The notes: generated from the sequence alone by a model not told the origin. Numbered from the stretch's first letter, positions 1-9,342 are shown. The stretch is 23,684 nucleotides of DNA from a virus (IMGVR_UViG_3300028797_000103:1-23684); one strand, 5' to 3'. Made by a program: numbers and translations.

Positions 1-84
1 AAGCTAGCTGAGAAAGAGATAGAGAAGTTGAAAAGCCTTGTACCAAAAGACATGATGGCTAAAAGTGAATCATTACAAAAATAA
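1..84 (+). CDS. 3' end of an upstream gene (partial; ...KLAEKEIEKLKSLVPKDMMAKSESLQK*)
   Basis: Frame open from base 1 to TAA at 82-84, 12 nt before the next ATG on the same strand. Confidence 0.7.
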   Translation, partial: KLAEKEIEKLKSLVPKDMMAKSESLQK

Positions 85-96
85 GAAAAACTTGTC

Positions 97-2031
97 ATGA
101 CACAGGAACAAATGGATAATATAATAAATTTGATGAACGAAAACAAAAATGTTAATCTGTTCATCAAAGACTTCATATTACACTTCAGGTTTCCTGAATT
201 TGCGCTCCATACGAAAGACGCAGATAAATCCGGATATATGATAACATACACACCTGTCAGCAAAATGGCTGAAAATTATGAAAAGGATTCAAGTGTCATA
301 TTAAGAGAATACGAAAAGAACATAAAAAGAGTTTGCGATTCCGATAACGTCAAGTCAAAATGCGAAGGAGATGATATCCTTGGTTTGAAGAAAGAAATAG
401 ACAACGAGAAAAAGAAATCAATAAACAAAATAATAAAGCAGTTCAGAAACACAGCAAAATATGGGTTTTCTTCCGGAAAGATAGAAGACTATATGTTATA
501 TGAACATTACGCAAATTATCTTTTGAGTGATGACTTTTATTATGACAAGGACAACCCTTATGTTGTTGAGCTCTTTAAGCTTCTGAACGATTTTATGAGA
601 ATGCGAAGCAGAATAGAGTTGAATTGCCAGAACATAGACGGTATGGTGACAAAATTCAACAAAGACTGCGGAAGTGTTGTGGCAAGATTCTGGGGAAACA
701 GAAAAAAAGATTACTACACATACCTTAAAGATCTATTCAGATATGATTTTTATACAAACGTTGATGATGATTTGATAGAAGCGAAAATAAACGATGATAA
801 CAGAGTGACACTATATGAGAAAGTTTTGAACTTTCTTAAAGATATTTGTCATTATGTTCCACCAACCAGCCCTGACGAAAAATACAAAGAACTCAGTTTT
901 GAGGAAATGTCAAACGCAAACAGTCCGAAAAAAATAGCAATAGACAACAAATACAGCAAGATCGAAAAGGATAATGAATCATTATTAAAATCTTTAAAAA
1001 AGATTGCACTCGATTTTGTAAAATTAAGAAAGATAGAAGTAAATCACGGAGATTATAAATATTTTTCAAAATACATTTCAAAAAGCGATTTGACTCAGGT
1101 GTTCACCGCTAAGGAAGAGTTGGCAAAATATAAAATAGACATAAAAAACTATAGTTCCACAACAACAAACGCCAGAATGCTGAAATATAAGAACGCTTTA
1201 AAAAAATATCTGGGTGCATTACAAAGCATAACTCAGGACGAATCAAATCAGCTGAACGATTTATGCGAACGGGCTATAAACTGGTATCTGAACAAAAGCG
1301 AACGTGTTGAAAATGGGGAAGCTCTCCAAGAATTCATAGAACCATCTTGGAGTTCCCCAACAAAAGTTTTCAAGGACGATGAGGGGCATGACTTTTATTA
1401 TGTACAAATACCAAAAACACAAGAGACACCAAAGAAAACAATCGATTCGTCAGGAAACATAACATATGAGGGGGATCCATATGTATACACAGAAGACTCC
1501 TTAAAAACAAAATTTGGTGTAAATGAATACGGATATTGGCTAAAATACTGCACAATGGCAACTATAGTAAACTGTATGATGCCAATGTACTGGGGAACCG
1601 GATTGATTCTTCCAAGCGGTCCATTGTCACTCCCAATAATATTCATACCTATAGTTGTTATATCTGGAAGGGTTACGATCGTTATAGGTCTTGGGTTGTG
1701 CGGAATATGTCCGTTACCAATGATATTGTTTGTCAATATGAGTGACGTTCCAGCATTTCCGATACCCTTAATAAACATGGCGATAGACATGCTAAGACAA
1801 CTCGCAGGAAAATTAGTTGGATTATCAGCTGAACCAATAAAGGGGATGATAAAAGGGATGATAAAAGGATATGACGAAGCTATAAATTCTATAAACAACG
1901 AGATAGATCAAATTGACACAGATATTCTAAATCTTCGTTCTGGAGTAGACTCTGATTTAGAAACTCTTAGAAATATGAAGAAACGATTAAATAAACAATC
2001 TAATTCAAAAAGAAAAGGAGCTGGCGATTAA
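97..2031 (+). CDS. Hypothetical 644-aa phage protein: helical N-terminal region, hydrophobic Pro/Gly/Cys-rich segment, C-terminal coiled coil; possibly structural
   Basis: Long ORF with ATG start, followed by a terminator hairpin; segment YWGTGLILPSGPLSLPIIFIPIVVISGRVTIVIGLGLCGICPLPMILFV; no catalytic motif recognised. Confidence 0.75.
   Translation: MTQEQMDNIINLMNENKNVNLFIKDFILHFRFPEFALHTKDADKSGYMITYTPVSKMAENYEKDSSVILREYEKNIKRVCDSDNVKSKCEGDDILGLKKEIDNEKKKSINKIIKQFRNTAKYGFSSGKIEDYMLYEHYANYLLSDDFYYDKDNPYVVELFKLLNDFMRMRSRIELNCQNIDGMVTKFNKDCGSVVARFWGNRKKDYYTYLKDLFRYDFYTNVDDDLIEAKINDDNRVTLYEKVLNFLKDICHYVPPTSPDEKYKELSFEEMSNANSPKKIAIDNKYSKIEKDNESLLKSLKKIALDFVKLRKIEVNHGDYKYFSKYISKSDLTQVFTAKEELAKYKIDIKNYSSTTTNARMLKYKNALKKYLGALQSITQDESNQLNDLCERAINWYLNKSERVENGEALQEFIEPSWSSPTKVFKDDEGHDFYYVQIPKTQETPKKTIDSSGNITYEGDPYVYTEDSLKTKFGVNEYGYWLKYCTMATIVNCMMPMYWGTGLILPSGPLSLPIIFIPIVVISGRVTIVIGLGLCGICPLPMILFVNMSDVPAFPIPLINMAIDMLRQLAGKLVGLSAEPIKGMIKGMIKGYDEAINSINNEIDQIDTDILNLRSGVDSDLETLRNMKKRLNKQSNSKRKGAGD
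1837..1872 (+). repeat. 3 x 12-bp imperfect in-frame tandem repeat (IKGM-IKGM-IKGY)
   Basis: ataaaggggatg ataaaagggatg ataaaaggatat. Confidence 0.8.
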
Positions 2032-2048
2032 ACCAACTCCTTTTTCTT
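2010..2048. terminator. Likely bidirectional intrinsic terminator between convergent genes
   Basis: Minus-strand stem GGAGUUGG/CCAGCUCC (one U-G pair) flanked by A-rich and T-rich tracts. Confidence 0.75.
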
Positions 2049-2062
2049 ATTATCAACCTCTA

Positions 2063-3274
2063 TTAAAGGTTATTTAGAATGTCGTCCACATTCATCCCTG
2101 CTGCTGGGGCAGCTGCCTGAACAGGAGCCGTCGCGGGAGTAACTGTTGGTGCAGCTACTGGAGCGAAACCAACACCCTGAGGTGCGGCTGGAGCAGCAAC
2201 GGGTGCAACGGGTGCAACAGGTGCGGCTGGAGCAGCTACAGGAGCTACAGGAGCCGTCGGTGCGGCAACGGGGGCAGTAACTGGTGCGGCTGGTGTTGCG
2301 GGGGCAACGGGTGCTACAGGCGCTGCAACTCCACCGGGAAGACTAGTAGCTCCTGGGAAAACCACGGGTGCCGCTGGCTGAGGAACAGCTGGCGTAGCTG
2401 TCGGCTGACCGGCAAACATAGACTGTATACCAGCACCGACAATCTGAGATGTTGCACCAAGACTTCCGGTTGAGAGGTAATTGTTTGAAATCGTAAGAAC
2501 CTCATTGACATGTGCAATCTGTTCCTGCGTCCAGTCCTGATATTCGTAATTATCAAGGTCTGGAGAATTTGCTGCGAGATAATCTACGAGATACTGACGG
2601 TTTTTCTCCGGCATAGATTCGATAGCAATCTCATAGTTTTGGGTTTCTGGGTTTATGTACCAGATACCAGAAGGAAGAACCTGTGTTCCGGTTGGATCTT
2701 TCTCATCGTAGAATGCTGATTTGTCGAAGTTGTTGTACTCTGACACGTTCTCGCAAACAATCGCGAACTTACGACCACGGAACGGATCGAACGGATTGAT
2801 ACCAGCCTGACCGTTCTCAGGATGTTCCTCGCTGTGAAGTTTGTCGAAAATCTTCTTACCGTAAACGAAAACCTTAATCTGTCCGACAAGTTCTGGATGA
2901 ATATCATCCTTCAAAATCTGGACAAGAGAAGCATACTGCTGCTTGCTTCCGAGGTTTTTCTTCGCAAACTCCTGATAAGTTGCGATATTCGTGTTCTGCA
3001 TCTTCCAATAAAGCTCGTTCACTGGAGATGGTTTGCCGACTGTACGAGGATCATCGATGTAAAGTCCAGTCCCAGTCACGGGGTTCTTTACATAGGTGAC
3101 AAATTTCGCAACGATGTTCTTTGCTGGATTCTTGTAGAAAGGAATAAAGCGGACAACTGATGTGTACTTTCCACTCTTAGATGCTTTATAATTTACACGA
3201 TAAAGCTCCGTGTTTCTTGGCTGTTGTTCAGTTACACCACTGGGTGTAAACAGACCGTTGTAATCATTACCCAT
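2063..3274 (-). CDS. gp32: T4 gp32-like single-stranded DNA-binding protein
   Basis: SVVRFIP, D.hPElvGQIKVFVYGKKIFDK, INPFDPFRGRKF, YNNFDKSAF match the gp32 core pattern; acidic tail MNVDDILNNL resembles T4 gp32 DLDDLLNDL; near gp46/47. Confidence 0.9.
   Translation of the reverse strand: MGNDYNGLFTPSGVTEQQPRNTELYRVNYKASKSGKYTSVVRFIPFYKNPAKNIVAKFVTYVKNPVTGTGLYIDDPRTVGKPSPVNELYWKMQNTNIATYQEFAKKNLGSKQQYASLVQILKDDIHPELVGQIKVFVYGKKIFDKLHSEEHPENGQAGINPFDPFRGRKFAIVCENVSEYNNFDKSAFYDEKDPTGTQVLPSGIWYINPETQNYEIAIESMPEKNRQYLVDYLAANSPDLDNYEYQDWTQEQIAHVNEVLTISNNYLSTGSLGATSQIVGAGIQSMFAGQPTATPAVPQPAAPVVFPGATSLPGGVAAPVAPVAPATPAAPVTAPVAAPTAPVAPVAAPAAPVAPVAPVAAPAAPQGVGFAPVAAPTVTPATAPVQAAAPAAGMNVDDILNNL
2098..2405 (-). 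repeat. Low-complexity Ala/Pro/Val tripeptide repeats (APV/APA) forming the gp32 linker
   Basis: GC-rich degenerate 9-nt units such as gcaacgggt and gctacagga; translation VAAPVAPVAPATPAAP... Confidence 0.85.
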
Positions 3275-3373
3275 TTTTGAACTTTTTTAATTTTTTGAAT
3301 TTTTTAACCTTTTGATTTTTTTGAACTTTTGAATATTTTGAAATGTATTATGTAGTATTTCTACTACACAATA
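3275..3373 (-). promoter_or_regulatory. Putative gp32 translational autoregulatory leader: 12-bp GAAA-tetraloop hairpin plus 8 U(U/C)AAAA-type repeats abutting the AUG
   Basis: mRNA UAUUGUGUAGUA-GAAA-UACUACAUAAUA (3373-3346), then periodic A-tract units 3343-3275; analogous to the T4 gene 32 operator. Confidence 0.7.
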
Positions 3374-3379
3374 TTTATT
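3372..3379 (-). promoter_or_regulatory. T4-late-like promoter motif AATAAATA upstream of gp32
   Basis: One of seven RATAAATA sites seen upstream of starts; resembles T4 TATAAATA. Confidence 0.5.
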
Positions 3380-3405
3380 CATATTTTCTGGAGTTCGCTT
3401 TTCAT

Positions 3406-3416
3406 TGCAAATATAC
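3406..3416 (-). promoter_or_regulatory. Bacteroidota-type -7 promoter (GTATATTTGCA) for gp32
   Basis: Matches TAnnTTTG; identical 11-mer in four intergenic gaps. Confidence 0.8.
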
Positions 3417-3423
3417 TTCTTTT

Positions 3424-4452
3424 TTATGAATTAAGAAAAGACGATACAATCTCAAACCTTTTTTTCTTCGCTTCCGGAAATCTGTAAAACTTCTTCTTAT
3501 TCTTTCCATCAAAAGAAATGAGAAGTATTCTTAATATATTCTTATACACTTCGTTTCTTTTACAAACAAAACCAACGGTCGAATTCAAATATTCATAAGA
3601 AACATCTCCGAAATATCCGCACATCGGTGGAAGAAGATCTTCTGGTTCAAATACAGTTGTAGAAAAAATGTCGGTTTTGTTTATATAGGAAAGAAATAGT
3701 TCCTGAATCCTATCACAGTAGTCGGATTTCGAGCTAACCGCATTTCTTAAATCTTCATCCGTTATAACCTTTATAAAATCTTCAATTATCACGTCTCTAT
3801 AAATTAGTTTTGTAGATCTTTCAATCTCGGCGGAGGAATCGTTCAACCTAACAATAAAGCGTAATTTTCCGGATGAAATTACAATACCCTCGATGTCATC
3901 TATATTATTTCCGGAAAACGTAGATTCTCCACACAATGATTTTATAACATTATAATTTGTGTCATCCGGAAAGATTGAATCTGGAAGACCATTAAATGTC
4001 TTTATTATTGGATATCCGGATACACTAAAATTTCCGAAGCCACATTCTCCAACATATGAAAGCAGATCGCTGATATTGTTCAGCGACTTATCATTTGTAT
4101 AAAAATCCGACAAAATAAACACAGGTCTAGAATATGAAGAATATGTTATCTGCTTCGTTTTGTTAACCGGAAGATAAAAAAATCCAATCATGCATCCACC
4201 AAACGCTTCATAAAATTCCAAATGAGAAGCTGGATTGAATCTTTCTGCAAAATCAAGGATTTCTTTATTTACAGAATTTACAATACAGTCAGATTTTCCA
4301 ATAGGACGACCCTTAGAATTAAGTATGGAAAAGCTTTTATCGTTTCCAACCTTAACCGTAAACCTTATCATATCTAAAAGTTCTCTAACCTCCACGGGAT
4401 GAGACTTAAGATACAATAATTCATCTTTTGTTATTTCTGAAAAATTTTTCAT
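3424..4452 (-). CDS. Hypothetical 342-aa protein, possibly RNA-ligase-like (covalent nucleotidyltransferase fold) with degenerate motif I
   Basis: VEVRELLDMIRFTV at the motif I position (normally EKxDGxN); DIEGIVI resembles motif IV. ORF is solid, function tentative. Confidence 0.45.
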   Translation of the reverse strand: MKNFSEITKDELLYLKSHPVEVRELLDMIRFTVKVGNDKSFSILNSKGRPIGKSDCIVNSVNKEILDFAERFNPASHLEFYEAFGGCMIGFFYLPVNKTKQITYSSYSRPVFILSDFYTNDKSLNNISDLLSYVGECGFGNFSVSGYPIIKTFNGLPDSIFPDDTNYNVIKSLCGESTFSGNNIDDIEGIVISSGKLRFIVRLNDSSAEIERSTKLIYRDVIIEDFIKVITDEDLRNAVSSKSDYCDRIQELFLSYINKTDIFSTTVFEPEDLLPPMCGYFGDVSYEYLNSTVGFVCKRNEVYKNILRILLISFDGKNKKKFYRFPEAKKKRFEIVSSFLNS

Positions 4453-4453
4453 A

Positions 4454-6130
4454 TTAAATTACGCTCAATACGCTGTATCCGTATGGTTTTTCTACGCTAA
4501 GATGAACATCGAAAAGATTTTCATCAAGCGTCGTGTGACTAACTATAAAAATGTTCATTCCCATGCTCTTTGAAAGTTCCTTCAGATATTTTATGACATC
4601 TGTCGAGCTCTCATAATCAAGAGACGATACTGTCTCATCAAGACAAACCAAATTTATCTGAGGATATTTTCTCTTAAGCATCTTCAATATTGCACAAAGG
4701 ACAGTGAGGTCAACCTTCTTGTGCTCGCCGGTGGAAAGGCTTTGTGGTGTTATTTCTCCTGTTACGTCCTGAAGATGGGCATCAAACATCGCATCAAACT
4801 CAAGAGTGTATGGGAAACCGAGAGCCTTCAGCGTTTCAGCGACTTCCTCATTAAGAGTTGGAATGTAATTGTTCATGAGGTCCTGCTTTATTCCGTCGGC
4901 AGAATACAATTCCTCCATCACGCTTAAAATCTCCATCTTATCGTTTGAATCCTTAAGAGATTTTTCAAGATTCGCCTTACTTTCTTCTGTCGTTTTTATT
5001 ATATTACGTATAGAGTTGGCTTCACTTGAACTTTTTATAACCGCCTCGATTGTCCTATATTCAACAAGAAGCTCCTGATATTTAGTGTTTATCTTTGTTA
5101 TGTTGTTATTAAGTTCAGTGAGCAGAGATTCATACGATTTCTTCGATTCATTTATGGTTTCGACTTTCTTTGTTAAATCGTCTATATACACAAGAACATC
5201 GTTTTTCTGTTTTTCAAGAGCCTGTTTCAAATCAGCAAACGCCTCACTATTAAATGAAGTTCCACACGTTGGACACTTATCCTGATTGAAAAGATTTATT
5301 TTCTGCTGTATTGTATTCAATTCAACATTCTTTTGGTATATCAGCTGCTTGAGTTGATTTTCTGATAAAACAAGCTCATTATATTTCGCATAGTGGTCCG
5401 AATACAGTTTTGTATGTTTCTGATATAAATCCGAAACCGTTGCGAGCTTTGTCTGAAGTTCAGCAAGTTTATCCTGAGAACCCGGCTGACCAGACGAAAG
5501 AGATTCAAGTTCAGCAGTTGATGTCTTTATCATCTGGTCCAACGTAAACATCTGGCTATTGCTGGAGTTTATCTCGTTTCCGAGATCGCGCATATCTTTC
5601 TTAACAAGCTCATAGACCTTGTTGATTATTTCGAGCGAGAAAATCTTGTCGATGATAGCACGCTTATCTGCCGGTGTCATAGATATGAACGACTTGAAAT
5701 TATTCAAAGAAAGCGTCATAACATTGGCAAAGATATGATACGGCATACCGTCAAGGACATCGTCTTCTATAATGTCCTGTATGCTCTTTATGCCAGCTTT
5801 ATCAATCTGCTCCCCGTTCTTGAAAAGCGTAAGCCCTGATGGAGAAAACGTGCGTTCTATTATATAAAGGTCTTTTCCTTTCTTTATAGTTCCACGAATC
5901 CATCCTTTTTTGTTTATTCTGTTTGCGATTGCAGTCACACTGACATTTCTACCATCAGATCCTTCTGTCTTTCCAAACAAAAGGAGTTTTGGTATAGTCA
6001 AAAGACTACTCTTTCCGGATCCGCTTCTACCGGAAAGCTGCCACAGCTTTGCATCCTCCCCGAAATCTATGGTAGTTACATCGTCACCATATGAGAATAT
6101 GTTTTTCCACTCTAATTTCAATATCTTCAT
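4454..6130 (-). CDS. gp46: Rad50/SbcC-like recombination endonuclease ATPase subunit (T4 gp46-like)
   Basis: Walker A GRSGSGKS, coiled coils with CPTC zinc hook, signature LSTGE, Walker B VCLDE, H-loop VSH. Confidence 0.95.
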   Translation of the reverse strand: MKILKLEWKNIFSYGDDVTTIDFGEDAKLWQLSGRSGSGKSSLLTIPKLLLFGKTEGSDGRNVSVTAIANRINKKGWIRGTIKKGKDLYIIERTFSPSGLTLFKNGEQIDKAGIKSIQDIIEDDVLDGMPYHIFANVMTLSLNNFKSFISMTPADKRAIIDKIFSLEIINKVYELVKKDMRDLGNEINSSNSQMFTLDQMIKTSTAELESLSSGQPGSQDKLAELQTKLATVSDLYQKHTKLYSDHYAKYNELVLSENQLKQLIYQKNVELNTIQQKINLFNQDKCPTCGTSFNSEAFADLKQALEKQKNDVLVYIDDLTKKVETINESKKSYESLLTELNNNITKINTKYQELLVEYRTIEAVIKSSSEANSIRNIIKTTEESKANLEKSLKDSNDKMEILSVMEELYSADGIKQDLMNNYIPTLNEEVAETLKALGFPYTLEFDAMFDAHLQDVTGEITPQSLSTGEHKKVDLTVLCAILKMLKRKYPQINLVCLDETVSSLDYESSTDVIKYLKELSKSMGMNIFIVSHTTLDENLFDVHLSVEKPYGYSVLSVI

Positions 6131-7239
6131 TGTGCAAGTTCCTCCTCAGCTCTTTTTATATACTCTTTGTTAAACGCAAAGAGAGTTTCTTTAAAATCGT
6201 TTCCAACCTCACGCTCAGAAACCTTCTCCTCGAATATGTCATACAGCGTAGCGTCTTTTTTCACCGTGCGTTCCTCTTTGTCAGAGTCTGGCTTTTTAAC
6301 ACTCTTTTCAACAAATTCAAGCTTTCTTGGGCACAGTGTCTGAAGAGACTCAGACAACTTATTCACGTTAACCTTTTTAAACTGACCGTGCTCAAATAGA
6401 ATTTTCACATAGTTGTTTTTTATGAATGCCCATTTTTCCAAATCTGATCCATAATCATTATATTCGACAACATACTGGCGAGGTGAATATGTGTTTTCGT
6501 GAAATTCTCTAACAATCTCATTCGAGTCATTAACATAAAATGTATATATACCTTTTATGTTTCCCATATCTTCAATTGTTATCTCATATGGAGAACCAAA
6601 ATACAATGCCTTTTTGGATTCCTGCCTTTTGTGAATGTGCCCCGACAAAATCCTGCAATCATCACCGAGAACACTTACATTCAAACCGCCTGTTATTTGT
6701 CTTCCATTGTCATATGACATTCCTGATATCTCCGTATGGAAAACTAAGAAATCGTACTTATCTTTATATTTTGTTATAATCTTGTTTTCCTTTGACGGAT
6801 CGCCTACCCAAGAATTCAGCATAAACGTGCGTTCGTTCTTTATAGAAAGAACAAGTTTATCCTTAATGATGTCTATGTTCTTATAATGATCTATAACCCG
6901 AAGCGACGTTGTGCCGGTATCATTCTTTTTATAGATATCATGATTTCCTATCATAACATAAACCGGCAATATCTCAGCTATCTTAAGCATCGTATCAGTT
7001 GCCTTGTTCATAACGTCAATATCAACAGTGTTTCTGTTATCGAAATAGTCACCCGCAAAAACAACAACAGGATTTCTCTTTTTGATAATCTCATTATTGA
7101 TTAGAGGTATAAAAAAGTTATCAAAATAATCTACTATATCTTGATTCCAATCTAAAGAAGTTCGCTTCTTGTCGAAGTGAACGTCAGAGATGAAAATTAT
7201 TTCATCAACATTTGGTAAGTTTGCTGTTCTTATTGCCAT
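6127..7239 (-). CDS. gp47: Mre11/SbcD-like metallophosphoesterase nuclease subunit (T4 gp47-like)
   Basis: SDVH, GDYFDNR, GNHD, SGHIH motifs; ATGA overlap with gp46. Confidence 0.95.
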   Translation of the reverse strand: MAIRTANLPNVDEIIFISDVHFDKKRTSLDWNQDIVDYFDNFFIPLINNEIIKKRNPVVVFAGDYFDNRNTVDIDVMNKATDTMLKIAEILPVYVMIGNHDIYKKNDTGTTSLRVIDHYKNIDIIKDKLVLSIKNERTFMLNSWVGDPSKENKIITKYKDKYDFLVFHTEISGMSYDNGRQITGGLNVSVLGDDCRILSGHIHKRQESKKALYFGSPYEITIEDMGNIKGIYTFYVNDSNEIVREFHENTYSPRQYVVEYNDYGSDLEKWAFIKNNYVKILFEHGQFKKVNVNKLSESLQTLCPRKLEFVEKSVKKPDSDKEERTVKKDATLYDIFEEKVSEREVGNDFKETLFAFNKEYIKRAEEELAQ

Positions 7240-7700
7240 TAGAAAAGTTTTTTAGATTGTGATACGTGTTTATCAAGTCCGTTTTGTTCTTCTATGAGTT
7301 CTAGAATCGCCGCCTTATCTTCAAGAGTTATAACATCCTTATACAGAGTCCTGTAATTAAAATCGAAGAATTCAGCAATTGCACAGAAAATCTGTATTAT
7401 ATTAAACTCGTCGTACTTTGTAAGAACATCCTTAAAGTGATAATAGATTTTGAACATATCGCGGCGTTCAATTTTTCCGGATGAATCTTTATACTTCTCA
7501 TAGAATTCAGAATTTTCATAAGCCTGCGATAATATGTCTCGCAGTCTTCTCTCAGTATACAGATCCTCTATATTTTCGCTCGTGCTTTCTTCAAATCTGC
7601 TTGCAAATATAGGGTCTATCGCGACAGCATTTTGGGTTAACCGTTCTGTTCCATATTCGGTATTATCAAAACTATTATTAAAAATTTTATCCTCAACCAT
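7239..7700 (-). CDS. Hypothetical 153-aa protein; C-terminal half resembles T4 gp33 late-transcription co-activator
   Basis: TAATG overlap with gp47 supports the gene; by-eye helical pattern IIQIFCAIAEFFDFNYRTLYKDVITLEDKAAILELIEEQNGL...KKLF. Confidence 0.4.
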   Translation of the reverse strand: MVEDKIFNNSFDNTEYGTERLTQNAVAIDPIFASRFEESTSENIEDLYTERRLRDILSQAYENSEFYEKYKDSSGKIERRDMFKIYYHFKDVLTKYDEFNIIQIFCAIAEFFDFNYRTLYKDVITLEDKAAILELIEEQNGLDKHVSQSKKLF

Positions 7701-7718
7701 AGCTGGGTATGATTACTT

Positions 7719-9296
7719 TTATTCAGGTAGGAACAAACCCTTCCCGGTTATTTTTATGAGTGGTGTTATTACATTATTCTGAACTTGCTGTTGTGGTTGT
7801 GTAGTTCCGCCATTATTGAAAAGGTCTATTCCTTGTGAAAATTCATCTTGCTGTGGTATAACAGCAACCGGGGAACCTTGCTCGAACTGCGGTTTTGAAT
7901 CCGTCTGAACAGTATATGTTGCCTTTCCCGGAGTTTTTGTTTGAGGGAACACAACACTCATTTCCTCAACACCGGTGTTAGGATCTTCTGTTATGCGAAG
8001 ATAATTAAAATCACAATTGAAGCGTTTTCTTTTATTCGCCTGAGGAGAAACGCGGTCATATATGCATTTCAAGAAATAGAACCCCTGAGCCATCATGAGT
8101 GCATCTGCAATTATACCGAACATCGCATCGACCGTGGCGCCAAGCGCAGATGATTCGGAAACCTGATTTGCATTAACGTCGTTAGTGTCAAACTGCGTTC
8201 TGTTTGTCTGCGTAGCAGTTATTATCGCCCATCCGTTTTTGGTACCCATAGCACGCAAGTCTTCAGCAAGCTGCTTGATTTTCATATAAGTGTTCTCTGT
8301 GTTTGGGTTCCTGTAATTCTTCATAATGTTGATATAATCAACAAATATGTTTTTGAATTTAAACGGTTTGTCCGGAGTTGACCTCCGGTCTTCTTCAGCC
8401 AGAAGAAAGCTTTCAAGTTCAATGACCGTTAATGTTGAAGTTGGAAACTCTTTGACGAGAAGTTCACCAAGAACACCCATAAAACCTCTTTTAAAGGAGT
8501 TTATTTTCTCCTTCATCATCGTTCCGTCCTCTGCGACTTTCTCATATTGTAGCGAATTGATTGAAAACATATTCGAACCAATTCTCGATGTTACCATTTC
8601 TTCTGGAAGCTCCAACGTTATGTATGCTGAGTTATGTCCCATTTTAACGGATTCCGCACAAAGGTTCTGAAGCCAAAGTGACTTACCAATCTTAGGCGCA
8701 CCGACAAAACAAGCCAAACAACCGTCGAACCACCCGCCATTCAAACACATGTCGATAAACGGGAATCCGCTTGAACGCCTCTTTAATTTTTTCTGACGAT
8801 GCGATTCTGCATCCCAGAAGTCCGAACCGTGATCTACAGTATCGGCAAATTCTATAACACATGTTTGGTTGAACATAGTTTTTATATGCTCAACCATCTC
8901 CTTTGCCTTTCCGCTTTCCATGCTTTCTTGATTTAACTTCAAGTATGCTGCGGCATCATATATTGCTTTCTTTACATTCTCTATAATTGCCCAATTCGTT
9001 GTTTCATCATAAAGCCAATCCTCTCCGTATGTATCAAGCATCTGCTTCTGAGAATACAACGCATCAACAATATCATCGGATAATTGATCGAGAACATTTT
9101 CCTGCCTTGTCAACTGCTTCATCTGATCTGCGGTTGGGGCGGAGTGATATTTAATCAAATAATCTTTAGCAAGCTTGAATGCAATTTGAACAGGCTTCGC
9201 AAAAAAGAAATCCGGTTCGAACTTAATAGCCAAAGACGGTTCCGATAATATATAGTGATAATAAATGTTTTGAATGTATGTATTTGTTGTATTCAT
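7719..9296 (-). CDS. gp41: Replicative DnaB-family helicase (T4 gp41-like); start moved to ATG at 9296
   Basis: Walker A GAPKIGKS, YITLEL, Walker B IFVDYIN, ITATQTNR, SESSALGATVDAMF. Confidence 0.93.
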   Translation of the reverse strand: MNTTNTYIQNIYYHYILSEPSLAIKFEPDFFFAKPVQIAFKLAKDYLIKYHSAPTADQMKQLTRQENVLDQLSDDIVDALYSQKQMLDTYGEDWLYDETTNWAIIENVKKAIYDAAAYLKLNQESMESGKAKEMVEHIKTMFNQTCVIEFADTVDHGSDFWDAESHRQKKLKRRSSGFPFIDMCLNGGWFDGCLACFVGAPKIGKSLWLQNLCAESVKMGHNSAYITLELPEEMVTSRIGSNMFSINSLQYEKVAEDGTMMKEKINSFKRGFMGVLGELLVKEFPTSTLTVIELESFLLAEEDRRSTPDKPFKFKNIFVDYINIMKNYRNPNTENTYMKIKQLAEDLRAMGTKNGWAIITATQTNRTQFDTNDVNANQVSESSALGATVDAMFGIIADALMMAQGFYFLKCIYDRVSPQANKRKRFNCDFNYLRITEDPNTGVEEMSVVFPQTKTPGKATYTVQTDSKPQFEQGSPVAVIPQQDEFSQGIDLFNNGGTTQPQQQVQNNVITPLIKITGKGLFLPE

Positions 9297-9331
9297 TAAG
9301 TATAAAAACAAAGTATATTCGCCTTTGTGTT

Positions 9332-9342
9332 TGCAAATATAC
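9332..9342 (-). promoter_or_regulatory. Bacteroidota-type -7 promoter (GTATATTTGCA) for the helicase-gp47-gp46 operon
   Basis: TAnnTTTG match, intergenic, 35 nt upstream of ATG. Confidence 0.8.
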
